Made by a program: the position numbers and the translations under genes
The notes under the pieces: model-generated
The model's input: only the letters and a program-made list of their open reading frames with translations
What the model was told of the DNA's origin: nothing
The model's database searches: none
Shown: piece after piece, positions 47,028-57,313 of the stretch
Layout: every line of letters starts with the position of its first letter
Position numbering within the stretch: position 1 is the stretch's first letter
Source: Candidatus Heimdallarchaeota archaeon
GTDB lineage: Archaea > Asgardarchaeota > Heimdallarchaeia > Heimdallarchaeales > Heimdallarchaeaceae
Reading direction: 5' to 3'
Assembly (NCBI GenBank): GCA_030603365.1
Contig: JAUVXV010000002.1
Span: 402,757 to 466,756 of the forward strand
Length of the DNA: 64,000 bases

Positions 47028-47585
47028 TTACTCTGAGATTTTTCTCTTAATTTCTCGTTCTCCACTAACTAAAGAAGTGATTCCTTTCCTTATATTGTAG
47101 TCGTATAAGCTCTTGTCTTTAATATCTTCTTTCTCAAGTATAGACCTCTTTTCTTTTTCATATAGTTCATAAAGAGAGATATCTTGTTCTTCGTAGGTAT
47201 CTCTTCTATTGAAGTCTTTGTAGATATAGAACGCGAATAGTTTTCCTTTGTGATTAATGTATTTCAGATCGTAATAGCTACTGAAATCACTTAGACTATC
47301 AAATACCTCCATTGGTATTTCATCCATTTCTTCCAAATACAGGAATATAGGTTTTGGGTAAGAAATTCTTGTTGGTATTAAGATATCTGCTTTTACTCCC
47401 CACTCTTTTACATAACTTTCCAAAACACCCTTGATTCTATTTAGTGTTGCTTGTTGAACATACTGTTGCATGTTTTCAACATATTCTTTCATTTTTTGGT
47501 TATTTTCTGACAACTTCCTTGTCCCCTCTAACTTAATGATAAGTTGTACCCCAACGTTGTTCTCAAAATTATAATTGTAAAACAA
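47028..47585 (-). CDS. Hypothetical protein (start uncertain)
   Basis: 185-aa ORF; no motif recognised. Confidence 0.5.
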   Translation of the reverse strand: MFYNYNFENNVGVQLIIKLEGTRKLSENNQKMKEYVENMQQYVQQATLNRIKGVLESYVKEWGVKADILIPTRISYPKPIFLYLEEMDEIPMEVFDSLSDFSSYYDLKYINHKGKLFAFYIYKDFNRRDTYEEQDISLYELYEKEKRSILEKEDIKDKSLYDYNIRKGITSLVSGEREIKRKISE

Positions 47586-47777
47586 AGGATATTAATGTTT
47601 TCTAATGAAAATGTTCTAGACACATTTTGTTCAAGAATTATTAAACCACATATTACAGACTGACTGATAGCTTATACTTTAGTTTCAGAGTTTGAAACTA
47701 GTTCTAGAAAATAATTTTTGTAGAAAATCTTCTTATTCTTTTTTGACACAAAGTTAAAGATATATAACAAAAATAGT

Positions 47778-49526
47778 TTGCTTGTTAAATTACCTTTTGT
47801 AGGTTATTGTATGAATGTCAAAGAATTTGATGTGGTCGTTGTTGGAGCTGGTTTAAGTGGATTACGAGCAGCTCTTGAGCTTTCTGAACATTGGAAAGTT
47901 GCTGTAGTCAGCAAAGTTCATCCTGTTCGCAGTCATTCTGGTGCTGCTCAAGGAGGTATCAATGCCTCTTTAAGTAACACTGAGGCTGGTCAAGAGGATT
48001 CCCCCGATAAACATGCGTATGATACAGTTTATGGTTCAGATTATCTTGCTGATCAGGATGCTGTTCTCTACATGTGTGAGGAAGCTCCTAAAATTGTTAT
48101 TGAATTCGAGAGCATGGGTGCACCCTTCTCTCGTTTAGATTCTGGTCTTATCGCACAAAGACCTTTTGGTGGTGCGGGTTTCCCAAGAACCTGTTACGCT
48201 GCAGATCGAACAGGACATGTGCTTTTACACACTTTATATGAGCAATGTATTCATAAAAGAGTTCAATTTTTCGATGAACACTTCTTGGTAGATTTGATTA
48301 AAGTAAATGAACAAATCACCGGTATTCTTTCTTTAGATTTGATCACTGGAGAATTAGTTACTTTTCGTTCTGGTTATGTTGTTCTTGCAACTGGTGGATT
48401 TGGTCGAACTTACAAACGTTCCACAAATGCTATTATTAACACTGGTGATGGAGTGGGAGCTGCTTTTCGTGTAGGGGTTCCTATGCAAGATTGTGAATTT
48501 GTACAATTTCACCCAACTACTCTTTATGGAACTAATATTTTGATTACTGAAGGAGCAAGGGGTGAAGGAGGTTTACTATACAATAACCTAGGTGAAAGGT
48601 TCATGTTAGAGGTTGCTCCTAAATCTAAGGAACTTGCTCCACGAGATATAGTTGCAAGAGCAATTGAGACAGAGGTTCGAGAAGGACGAGGATTTGAGGA
48701 TGCTTATGTCCATCTTGATTTAACCCATCTTGGACCTGAAAGGATAAATGAAAGACTGCCTGGAATTCGTGAGATTTCCATCCACTTTGCAGGCGTTGAC
48801 CCAATAAAGGAACCCATTCCAGTTCAACCAGGACAACATTATTCCATGGGAGGTATAGGGACTAAGTTTGAGGGAAATTTTGGAGAGACAATCCTTACTG
48901 GATTATATGCAATCGGCGAAGCATCTTGTATTTCTGTTCATGGAGCAAATCGTTTAGGCGGAAATTCTCTTCTTGAAACATCTGTCTTTGGTCGATATAT
49001 TGGTAGAACACTCTTGGAAAATGGGTTACCCATTATGCCTGAAGAGGAATTAATTGTCAAATCTGAAGAACAGACATTGAAAGAATTGGTAAAACTCTTC
49101 GCTAAGTGGGATAAAAACAAGGGTAAGAAACCTATTGAAATCAAAGACTCTATGGGTGCTATTCTAGATACAAAAGTAGGTGTTTTTCGAACAGAGGTAG
49201 AACTTGAAGAGGCATATAATGAGATATGCAAACTGCAAAAAGAGTTCAAGAATGTCCATATTCCTACAGTTGAAAAACAGTTCAACTTTGGGTTGATACG
49301 AACCTTAGAACTAAGAAATATGATTGACATTGCTGAAGTTACAGCATATGCAGCTCTATGGAGAAAAGAAAGTAGGGGAGCTCATTCGAGATTTGATTAT
49401 CCAAACCGTAATGATGAGGAGTTCTTATCACATTCAATGGTAACTAGAGATGAAGATGGAAAGTTGAAACTTGATACGAAACCTATAAAGCTAGGTCATT
49501 TTGAGATAAAGGAGCGTGTTTATTGA
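47778..49526 (+). CDS. sdhA: Succinate dehydrogenase/fumarate reductase flavoprotein subunit; start probably ATG at 47811
   Basis: [16 protein letters not shown] (covalent FAD His), [49 protein letters not shown]. Confidence 0.94.
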   Translation: MLVKLPFVGYCMNVKEFDVVVVGAGLSGLRAALELSEHWKVAVVSKVHPVRSHSGAAQGGINASLSNTEAGQEDSPDKHAYDTVYGSDYLADQDAVLYMCEEAPKIVIEFESMGAPFSRLDSGLIAQRPFGGAGFPRTCYAADRTGHVLLHTLYEQCIHKRVQFFDEHFLVDLIKVNEQITGILSLDLITGELVTFRSGYVVLATGGFGRTYKRSTNAIINTGDGVGAAFRVGVPMQDCEFVQFHPTTLYGTNILITEGARGEGGLLYNNLGERFMLEVAPKSKELAPRDIVARAIETEVREGRGFEDAYVHLDLTHLGPERINERLPGIREISIHFAGVDPIKEPIPVQPGQHYSMGGIGTKFEGNFGETILTGLYAIGEASCISVHGANRLGGNSLLETSVFGRYIGRTLLENGLPIMPEEELIVKSEEQTLKELVKLFAKWDKNKGKKPIEIKDSMGAILDTKVGVFRTEVELEEAYNEICKLQKEFKNVHIPTVEKQFNFGLIRTLELRNMIDIAEVTAYAALWRKESRGAHSRFDYPNRNDEEFLSHSMVTRDEDGKLKLDTKPIKLGHFEIKERVY

Positions 49527-50293
49527 TGGTAGAGACACACAAATTACTGATATTCCGTAAAAAACCAGAAGAAAAAGAGGGAAGATACGATCGTTATGAG
49601 ATTCCTGTAAGAAAAGGGATGACAATATTAGAAGCTCTCTTTTACATTCAAGATCACATTGATTCATCAATAGCTTTTCGTTATTCTTGCAGAGGAGCAA
49701 TTTGTGGTTCATGTGGTATGACAGTTGATAAAGTACCAGAACTTGCTTGCAGAACACAGATTTCAGCCGTTAAAACTAAAAAGAAACCAATTAAACTACC
49801 AGAATTTTCTTTTGGGAAACAACCTGATTGGGATGAAGAAACTGAGATACTTATCGAACCTTTACCAAATATGGAAATCATCCAGGATCTAATCGTAGAT
49901 ATGGAACCATTCTGGGAATTTTACAAAAGAGTTGAACCTTTCTTCACAAGAGAATGGAATGATATTGCACCAGAATCTCACCAAAGCTCTGATGCTGCAA
50001 AATCAATTGAACATCTTGTGAATTGTATTGCTTGTGGTCTCTGCTGGTCTTGTCCTGTTAATTCAAGAAATAAAGACTATTATGGACCAATGGCCTTAGC
50101 TAAAGCTGATAGGTTCATAGCTGATAATCGGATATCTGAAGAACAAAGAGATGAAATCTTGAGAACAGTTTGGCAAGATAATGCAGTTCCAGCGTGTGAG
50201 AAACTCTTTGTTTGCAACAGAGTTTGCCCTAAAGGAGTTAAACCAGGTACTGCGATAAATGACATTAGGCAAAAGTGGACAAAAAATGAATAG
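49523..50293 (+). CDS. sdhB: Succinate dehydrogenase/fumarate reductase iron-sulfur subunit
   Basis: [10 protein letters not shown]...[38 protein letters not shown]. Confidence 0.92.
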   Translation: MMVETHKLLIFRKKPEEKEGRYDRYEIPVRKGMTILEALFYIQDHIDSSIAFRYSCRGAICGSCGMTVDKVPELACRTQISAVKTKKKPIKLPEFSFGKQPDWDEETEILIEPLPNMEIIQDLIVDMEPFWEFYKRVEPFFTREWNDIAPESHQSSDAAKSIEHLVNCIACGLCWSCPVNSRNKDYYGPMALAKADRFIADNRISEEQRDEILRTVWQDNAVPACEKLFVCNRVCPKGVKPGTAINDIRQKWTKNE

Positions 50294-51677
50294 AGATATG
50301 AGAAAAGAGAAGGATATTTTAGGGGAGCTAGAAGTTCCCGCTGATGTATACTGGGGAATCAATACTCAAAGAGCATTAAATAATTTTCAAATAAGTGGAA
50401 GGCAGTTTCCTTCTTCTTTTATAATTACTCTCGCACAAGTGAAAAAAGCTGCTCTACTAGCAAACTATGAACTGGGTTTGATAGATGATACTAAATATCA
50501 AGCAATTCTACAAGCAGTAGATGAAATAGTTCATGAAAAGAAGATGCTTGATCAGTTTCCAGTAGATGTTTTTCAGACTGGGTCTGGTACTCAGATTAAT
50601 ATGAATATGAATGAAGTACTAGCCAACCGAGCAAATGAAATTTTAAAACAACCTCTTGGTATGAAGAAACCGATTCATCCAAATGATCATGTGAATATGG
50701 GGCAGTCATCAAATGATGTCATTCCTACAACTATGCATTTAGTCACAATTCTATCAATAAATAGTGAACTTATACCAACATTAGAATCTGCAATAAAGAA
50801 TCTTGATAAGAAGATTGAAGATTTCAAGGATATCCTTAAGGTTGGTAGAACACACCTTCAGGATGCAGTTCCTATTCCACTCTCATTGGAGTTTTCAGTG
50901 TATAAACAGCAATTAAAAGCAAATTGTGAAAAACTATATGAGATATGCAAGGAATTAGAGTTTATACCTTTAGGAGGAACAGCTGTTGGAACAGGTGTAA
51001 ATACTCATAAGGATTTCAGTGATAGAGCGATAAACCTTCTCTCTGAAATAACCGAAAGGGAGCTCAAATCCAGTATTATTAAAGCTGAGGCAATTTCATC
51101 TCACAGAGTATTTGTTAGAGTAAGTAATGAGCTAAAAACATTAGCATTATCTTTACTGAAATTAGCTAATGACATTCGTTGGATGGGGAGTGGTCCAAGG
51201 GCAGGATTAGGTGAATTGATTTTACCTCAAAACGAACCAGGATCCTCTATTATGCCTGGGAAAATTAATCCTACACAATCAGAAATGCTAATACAAATTT
51301 GCATTCATGTTATCGGTAATGATACAGCTGTTTCCTATGCAGAAAGTATCGGAAGTACCCTAGATCTCAATATTACTAAGCCTTTGATAATTGACTCAAT
51401 TTTAGATTCCATTTACCTATTATCGAAAGGATTAACGTCATTCAATTTAAATTGCTTAAAAGATTTAAAAGCAAACAGAGATGGTATTAAGAGGCAATTA
51501 GAAAACGATCTAATGATTGTCACTAAAATTGCACCAGAAATAGGCTATGATAAAGCTACTGAACTAGCTAAGAAAGCATATGACGAGGATAAGACAATCA
51601 TCGCAGTTCTGGAAGAGAGTAATTTAGAAGAAAAAGAAAAGTTAATAGAAAAACTAAAAGCACATACTCAAAAATAA
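50286..51677 (+). CDS. fumC: Class II fumarate hydratase (ORF track start 50259; ATG at 50286 is more likely)
   Basis: WGINTQRA, QTGSGT..NMNMNEV, HPNDHVNMGQSSND, GRTHLQDA, GSSIMPGKINP. Confidence 0.92.
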   Translation: MNRDMRKEKDILGELEVPADVYWGINTQRALNNFQISGRQFPSSFIITLAQVKKAALLANYELGLIDDTKYQAILQAVDEIVHEKKMLDQFPVDVFQTGSGTQINMNMNEVLANRANEILKQPLGMKKPIHPNDHVNMGQSSNDVIPTTMHLVTILSINSELIPTLESAIKNLDKKIEDFKDILKVGRTHLQDAVPIPLSLEFSVYKQQLKANCEKLYEICKELEFIPLGGTAVGTGVNTHKDFSDRAINLLSEITERELKSSIIKAEAISSHRVFVRVSNELKTLALSLLKLANDIRWMGSGPRAGLGELILPQNEPGSSIMPGKINPTQSEMLIQICIHVIGNDTAVSYAESIGSTLDLNITKPLIIDSILDSIYLLSKGLTSFNLNCLKDLKANRDGIKRQLENDLMIVTKIAPEIGYDKATELAKKAYDEDKTIIAVLEESNLEEKEKLIEKLKAHTQK

Positions 51678-53839
51678 TGCTTTCTTCTATAAAAAATTAA
51701 TATCTCAATCTGAACTTGTTCCTTAAATGTGGGGATGTCTGTTACCCAATCAGGTAAAGGTGGAGGATTAGTATCTAGTATCTCATGCCATGCTTCATCA
51801 GTCAAACGACTACTTATAGGAACAGTAAACTCGTAATAGGAAAATGTACCTCCTTTTGTTAATCTGAGATTGCCTTCTTCATCTTGAACAATTACATATA
51901 TCAGAAAAGGATTACCTACCCCAACCTCTAATACAGAATCAGTATAAATACTTGTAACAACATCAGCTATTACAGCTGTTCTATCATCTGTAGGATTAAC
52001 ATATTCGGATCCATCGTATATTTCAAGTAATTCATACAGATTTGTTCCTAAATCACTTAAGAACAAATAATCAGATTCTGTAAGAGCTGTATTTTCTAAT
52101 TCCCTAATGGATATATCAGTAAGCCTCTCAAAATATCCTATCAGTGAGTCCATTTGAGTATATATGGTGGAATTAAGAAAATTCTTAGCTTGTAATCCAT
52201 CTTTTAACATTTCTACGAGATTCGCAAGCCTTGAGTAAACATCAGGATAAGGTTCTACATAACCTTTACTCATTTCTGGAATTCCAGGTACAAGTGAATA
52301 AGTTGGTTTCGCATAAAGTATAGTATCATGTCTTAGTTCTGCCCATGATCCTAATGTTGTTATTAACGATTTATCCTCCCATGGTATATTTCTCATAAAA
52401 CCAGGATATCCTTCAAAAGCTGGCTCTAGAAGTGGAAAAAGAGTATACAACCATAACCAATATGTTGATTGTGCCCAATCATATTCTGTTAAGTTTCCAA
52501 ATTCAGTTCTAAGAGCAAGTATTTGATCATCATATTCGGGATAGATTTCACTCTCATTTTGCATGAAAAAATCTGCTCGAGAACTCCCCAAAATTGATAG
52601 AATATCTAAAGCATTCGGAATAAATCTATTCGATACTTTATCATGAACCAATTCCTGAAAGATATAGGAATCAGGTACGAAACGCTGTCCCATAAACCTA
52701 AATCCTTTAGGAATTTTCATACCCTCCCAAACGAACATAGAATTTATTCGGGGATCTCTAAGCAACTCCACTTCACTTCTGAATTGGTTGACAAGAGCAT
52801 CATTCACAAGTGTATCCCCAACCGGTTTACCTAAATTGTCCCAAACGTCAAAACACTCTTCAACTGTAATATCATCACTTGAACTCACTAGAAAAGATGT
52901 AGTTTCATAGATGCCTTTCCAATAATCTAGAGCTGTTCTTGGAAAAATTGAGGTTTCGTTAAAGCTTGATATTAGTAAGAGCGTCATTCTAGAATGTTCT
53001 ATACTAGAAAAATTAAAACTCATTCTACCTGCGTACATCATAGCTCTAAAAAAAGCACTTAATTTCTCTGTTCTTGTATAATGCCCCCTAACTGTGTATT
53101 GACTATAATCTTCTATATATCCAAAAATAGATGAAGAAGCTAGTGAGCTACTGTTAATTTTTAGTAACTCTTCATTTACTATTTCTTCAACTTCTACTGG
53201 AGCTTTATTTGTTGAGTTTAATAGTTTTAACATTACTGAAAGATATGCTATATTGTTGTTTAAAGCAGAATGAATAATGCCTTCTGTAACTGTAAGATTT
53301 TGATTAATTTGATCTTCTCTTAAAATAAAAAGCAGATTTTCAAAATCATCATAGAAGTTATCCATTTCAAGAATTCTTAGACATAAATCGAAAAGCTTGT
53401 GAAAAGCATGCAAACATAAGTCAGAGGTAATGAATAATGGTTCTTCTTCATCACCATAGACGCCATATATATCCTTATAGGTTGATGGTGTAATTGCAAA
53501 ACCATATTCAGCAAGTGATTCTCTTATCTCCTCACTGACTGTTAAACCTTGCATATTTACGTTAGAAAGGTCAGCTTCAATTTTAGCAGGAATTATAGAT
53601 GGTGTATAATCCAATATTTCTGATGGATAAGTTCCAAAGTCTGTTTTCACGGGATTTTCTAGTAGAGTTAATGCTGCAGAACCTGTTATTATGGGAATCC
53701 CTTCATAGTCTATAATCCACTCCTCATATGTAATGTCTGTAGAATCAGGAGGTTTTAGTGTGAAATATAAACTGGTAGAAAGGACTATTATAATAATAGC
53801 TGTAGAAGAAAATATTGTGATCAAACTATTTCTTTTCAA
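51668..53839 (-). CDS. DUF3160 family membrane-anchored protein (paralogue 2)
   Basis: Same motif series as 28129-30387 (EDYSQYTVRGHYTR, WAELRHDTILYAK, FSYYEF, RLTDEAW); N-terminal TM. Confidence 0.85.
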   Translation of the reverse strand: MKRNSLITIFSSTAIIIIVLSTSLYFTLKPPDSTDITYEEWIIDYEGIPIITGSAALTLLENPVKTDFGTYPSEILDYTPSIIPAKIEADLSNVNMQGLTVSEEIRESLAEYGFAITPSTYKDIYGVYGDEEEPLFITSDLCLHAFHKLFDLCLRILEMDNFYDDFENLLFILREDQINQNLTVTEGIIHSALNNNIAYLSVMLKLLNSTNKAPVEVEEIVNEELLKINSSSLASSSIFGYIEDYSQYTVRGHYTRTEKLSAFFRAMMYAGRMSFNFSSIEHSRMTLLLISSFNETSIFPRTALDYWKGIYETTSFLVSSSDDITVEECFDVWDNLGKPVGDTLVNDALVNQFRSEVELLRDPRINSMFVWEGMKIPKGFRFMGQRFVPDSYIFQELVHDKVSNRFIPNALDILSILGSSRADFFMQNESEIYPEYDDQILALRTEFGNLTEYDWAQSTYWLWLYTLFPLLEPAFEGYPGFMRNIPWEDKSLITTLGSWAELRHDTILYAKPTYSLVPGIPEMSKGYVEPYPDVYSRLANLVEMLKDGLQAKNFLNSTIYTQMDSLIGYFERLTDISIRELENTALTESDYLFLSDLGTNLYELLEIYDGSEYVNPTDDRTAVIADVVTSIYTDSVLEVGVGNPFLIYVIVQDEEGNLRLTKGGTFSYYEFTVPISSRLTDEAWHEILDTNPPPLPDWVTDIPTFKEQVQIEILIFYRRKHYF

Positions 53840-53948
53840 TTTTAATACAACTCAAACCAACTTATCATTGTACACACGTAAGAGCTCTTATATATTTTAG
53901 TACGAGAAAATTATTCTTAACAAAATATACTAATTTGGATAAAAACAA

Positions 53949-55742
53949 CTACGATTTTAGCTTCCTGATCTTTTCTTGAACTCTAATTTGTCCATATACT
54001 AAAAATACTAATACTCCTAAAAAAAATGGAAATGAAATTTTCCAAGAGTAGGATTCATCCGGATAATAAATTGGATCTTGCAATGGGTATAAATCATAAT
54101 TATCAGCATCACCATCAATACTATATGTTTTTTTAGACCCTCTATCTGACCAAAAATTACCAATTTGAACTTCGGGATTATACCAATAGTTATTTTTTCC
54201 GTTGTCGAATGCTTGACTTGTTCCGATTGCAGGTTCATTATTTATGAAACTATTACGATATACTAGAAAATTCTCCGTACTTGAACTCAAGTATACTCCA
54301 TAACCTTCAGTACCAAAAATTAAGTTTGTTGAGATAATACCGCTTTCACTATAGGTGAAATACATACCAAAGTTTTTGTTAAAAGAAACAGAATTTTCGA
54401 AGAGAAGAGAATTACTTGTTCCTGAAGAGTATATTCCATAATTTTTATTGTGATTTACCCCATTACCTATTAAAGTAGAATTTCTTGAACTCCAAAGATA
54501 GATTCCTATGTAGTTGTATTCAATGAAATTATCCTTAAAAGTTGAATTTAGACCCGAATCTAAAATTCCAGTACTCCAGCTATTATATGAACAATTACTG
54601 TTCTGAACTATTGTGTTCCTTGTATTAACATCAATAGATATACCTTCATAAAAACTAGATTCTGTGGAAGTTAACCCATCTATTTTGCATGAATCAGAGT
54701 AAATCAGTTTAACACCTAGAACATTTTTGTTGCAAGAAAGGTTTTGATAATCAGTACTATAGGAGTAGTAATCTAGAAAACCAATTTGACATTCATATGA
54801 TAAACCATTATTGATATGACAGTTTTGACTAAAGAATGTTGAAAGTCCTACAAAAGAATTGTTAAAACGAAAATTTGAAACTGTTATGTTTGTGCTTTTG
54901 ATAATTAGAACTTGTCCAAAATCCGTCACATCTACAGAAACGTTAAACTCATTCTTCAGCACTAATATCTCTGTTTCGACATACTTACTTTCAATCAGAT
55001 CCCATCTTCGTATAGTATTATTTGCAAAATGAATAGAATCGATCTTATCTTCAGAAGTATCTAAATAAATACCTCCTTCTTCAAAATGATTGTTGTAGAT
55101 TGAGCAGTTTGTAGTTTCACTTACCCATAATCCACAATATCTTCTGTCGCTTGCAGGTTCATTTATACCATTTAAAATCGTATTATTTGCAATAGTTATA
55201 TTTTGAGAATTAGTAACTATAATTCCATTTACGTTACTATCACAAGTATTGTTTGCAAGTATGACGTTTGAACAATCAATAATGCTGAAACACTTTCTAA
55301 TCATAGCCGGATAAAACAGATTTATACGCATGACATTATTATTTCGAAGAGTAGCTGACCCCGAATTAAGCCCTTCAAGAATTATTCCATCAATATATTC
55401 TGTTTCACAGTTTTGAATAATGAAATGTTTAGTGACATTAGTAATGTAAAATTCACTTGATTCATTAAGACTAGGTCTCACTATATATGAATCAATTACA
55501 TATGGATCATCTATTGTTCCATTTCCTGGAAATTCCATTGTTATGAAATCTTCATCTGAATCAATTACTATTTGTTCAACATTTGTAGAGATTTTGGGTA
55601 AGTTTATTGGGATACTTATTTTGAAATTATCTAATTGATATTCTTCAACAGACAAACTATCAAAATCAGTAGAAATAAACAAAGAAAATACAAGTAAGCA
55701 GAGAATCAATAAGCATCGTTTATTCAGTTGCTGAATATGCAT
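53949..55742 (-). CDS. Surface-anchored right-handed beta-helix (NosD/PbH1 repeat) protein
   Basis: Signal peptide, GNGTIDDPYVI, repeated N..GI.L..S.N..I..N, GNFWSD..Y.IDG; C-terminal TM plus basic tail. Confidence 0.85.
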   Translation of the reverse strand: MHIQQLNKRCLLILCLLVFSLFISTDFDSLSVEEYQLDNFKISIPINLPKISTNVEQIVIDSDEDFITMEFPGNGTIDDPYVIDSYIVRPSLNESSEFYITNVTKHFIIQNCETEYIDGIILEGLNSGSATLRNNNVMRINLFYPAMIRKCFSIIDCSNVILANNTCDSNVNGIIVTNSQNITIANNTILNGINEPASDRRYCGLWVSETTNCSIYNNHFEEGGIYLDTSEDKIDSIHFANNTIRRWDLIESKYVETEILVLKNEFNVSVDVTDFGQVLIIKSTNITVSNFRFNNSFVGLSTFFSQNCHINNGLSYECQIGFLDYYSYSTDYQNLSCNKNVLGVKLIYSDSCKIDGLTSTESSFYEGISIDVNTRNTIVQNSNCSYNSWSTGILDSGLNSTFKDNFIEYNYIGIYLWSSRNSTLIGNGVNHNKNYGIYSSGTSNSLLFENSVSFNKNFGMYFTYSESGIISTNLIFGTEGYGVYLSSSTENFLVYRNSFINNEPAIGTSQAFDNGKNNYWYNPEVQIGNFWSDRGSKKTYSIDGDADNYDLYPLQDPIYYPDESYSWKISFPFFLGVLVFLVYGQIRVQEKIRKLKS

Positions 55743-55781
55743 CTTTTTTATTAAATGTATAAATCTTAATATCTTTTATCC

Positions 55782-57212
55782 CTAATCTCGCGAGAAATAT
55801 CTTTCTAGAAATTTAATACATTCTTCTTTAGTATTTGTTATCTCTTCATTCATGATTGCCAATGTAAGAAGATTCTTAGCTTTCCCAATCTCATGTCCTA
55901 TTATGTTAAAATGAGCGGCTATTTCTTTTCCATTTAGTGCAATCTTAAAGTCTATTAGTTCCCTCTTAAGACCAAGTTTGTGAACCCGTTTCTCTAAGTT
56001 CTCAAAATTTATCTTTGAAACTTTGACACTTTGTATTGCTTTCAATAAATGAAAAACCATGTTAATCTTTGAATCTACAGAACGAATAAACAGCCTAATT
56101 TCTGCATCAGAAACCTGCTTTTGAGTAAAATTAACTAATAAAATGTAATGTTCTAAATAACTTAATATTGTATTCGTTTCTTTATTTGAAAATTTATATT
56201 TTCTAAGAATTTCTTCAACCTCTTTTAACATATCATCAATATTCTCTTTATTCCCCGCTATTTTTGAAGAAACTTCTTTTAGAATTACAGCTATATAGAG
56301 ATATATATCTGAAATATCATTAGTATAGAGAGATTGAATTTCACTTTCTATTTTTCTATATGTTGTAGATACATTGAAAATTTTTTGATCTACTTTAATA
56401 TCCTTGATTTGTGGAAACATTGTTTCTAAAATACCTAATTCCACCATTAATTGGAAAGTAAGTAAAGGATTATGCTCTAAGGAAAGTTTCAGTTCATGTA
56501 TTATTCTTTCTGAAGGAACATCTAAGATATTCTTAACTTGTAATTTGATTCCATCTTTAGTATCATCAGAGATCGTGAAATTAAGTCTGCATGCAAAGCG
56601 TATTGCCCTAAACATTCTCAGATAGTCTTCGTGAAAAACAGTTTCTGGATCTCTAGTAGTTTGAATTAACCCGTTTTCTAAATCTTTAGTACCACTAAAA
56701 ATATCAATATAATGATTATCAAACATTATTAGTGCATTAATTGTAAAATCTCTGCGATAAAGGTCTTCTACAATCGTAGCTTCTTCAACAATCGGTACTC
56801 TAGAAGGGTATTCATATCTTTCTTTTCTAGTTGAATTAAATTCAAACACAAGATTATCAGAAAATCGAATTTGAGTGGTTAGAGTTCGATTACTCATTTT
56901 ACCGATTTTTCCCCCCAGTTGAGCTGCTATTTCTTCGGTTAACTCGTTTATATCTCCTTGAAATACTACAAAGTCTACATCTTCAGTTGGTTTCTCTAGA
57001 AGTAAATCTCTAACAAAACCACCTACTATCCCAATAGAACAACCAAGTTTTTTTGAAATCTGTTTTATCTGCTCAATTTTAGCGAAAACTTGGGGATTAA
57101 TTCTATCCAGTTTGTCTTTTTCGATTGAATGAATTTCAAGTTGGATTCCTGCATTATTTAGAATTTCCAAACAAATATGATAATCAGAATCAACCTTTAA
57201 ATTATCCATCAC
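55782..57212 (-). CDS. Class II (bacterial/eukaryal-type) tRNA nucleotidyltransferase (CCA-adding/poly(A) polymerase family)
   Basis: VGGFVRDLLL..EDVDF, RKERY...SRVP loop, EDLYRRDFTINAL, EDYLRMFRAIRF, SERIIHE. Confidence 0.88.
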   Translation of the reverse strand: MMDNLKVDSDYHICLEILNNAGIQLEIHSIEKDKLDRINPQVFAKIEQIKQISKKLGCSIGIVGGFVRDLLLEKPTEDVDFVVFQGDINELTEEIAAQLGGKIGKMSNRTLTTQIRFSDNLVFEFNSTRKERYEYPSRVPIVEEATIVEDLYRRDFTINALIMFDNHYIDIFSGTKDLENGLIQTTRDPETVFHEDYLRMFRAIRFACRLNFTISDDTKDGIKLQVKNILDVPSERIIHELKLSLEHNPLLTFQLMVELGILETMFPQIKDIKVDQKIFNVSTTYRKIESEIQSLYTNDISDIYLYIAVILKEVSSKIAGNKENIDDMLKEVEEILRKYKFSNKETNTILSYLEHYILLVNFTQKQVSDAEIRLFIRSVDSKINMVFHLLKAIQSVKVSKINFENLEKRVHKLGLKRELIDFKIALNGKEIAAHFNIIGHEIGKAKNLLTLAIMNEEITNTKEECIKFLERYFSRD

Positions 57213-57313
57213 TTGAATTATTACATTTAGAATTATAAGATTTTGTCTAGATTTGATTTCTATAGGTTTTTAAGAATGAATGTCCATTTTTTCACAGATA
57301 AGGGAATGAAGTA

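Noticed and set aside
47028-47585. Mobile element or transposase remnant
   Set aside because: No transposase or integrase motif, terminal inverted repeats or target duplication seen
55782-57212. Bacterial poly(A) polymerase PcnB
   Set aside because: The PAP-specific G[RK][RK]F signature is absent and the CCA flexible loop is present
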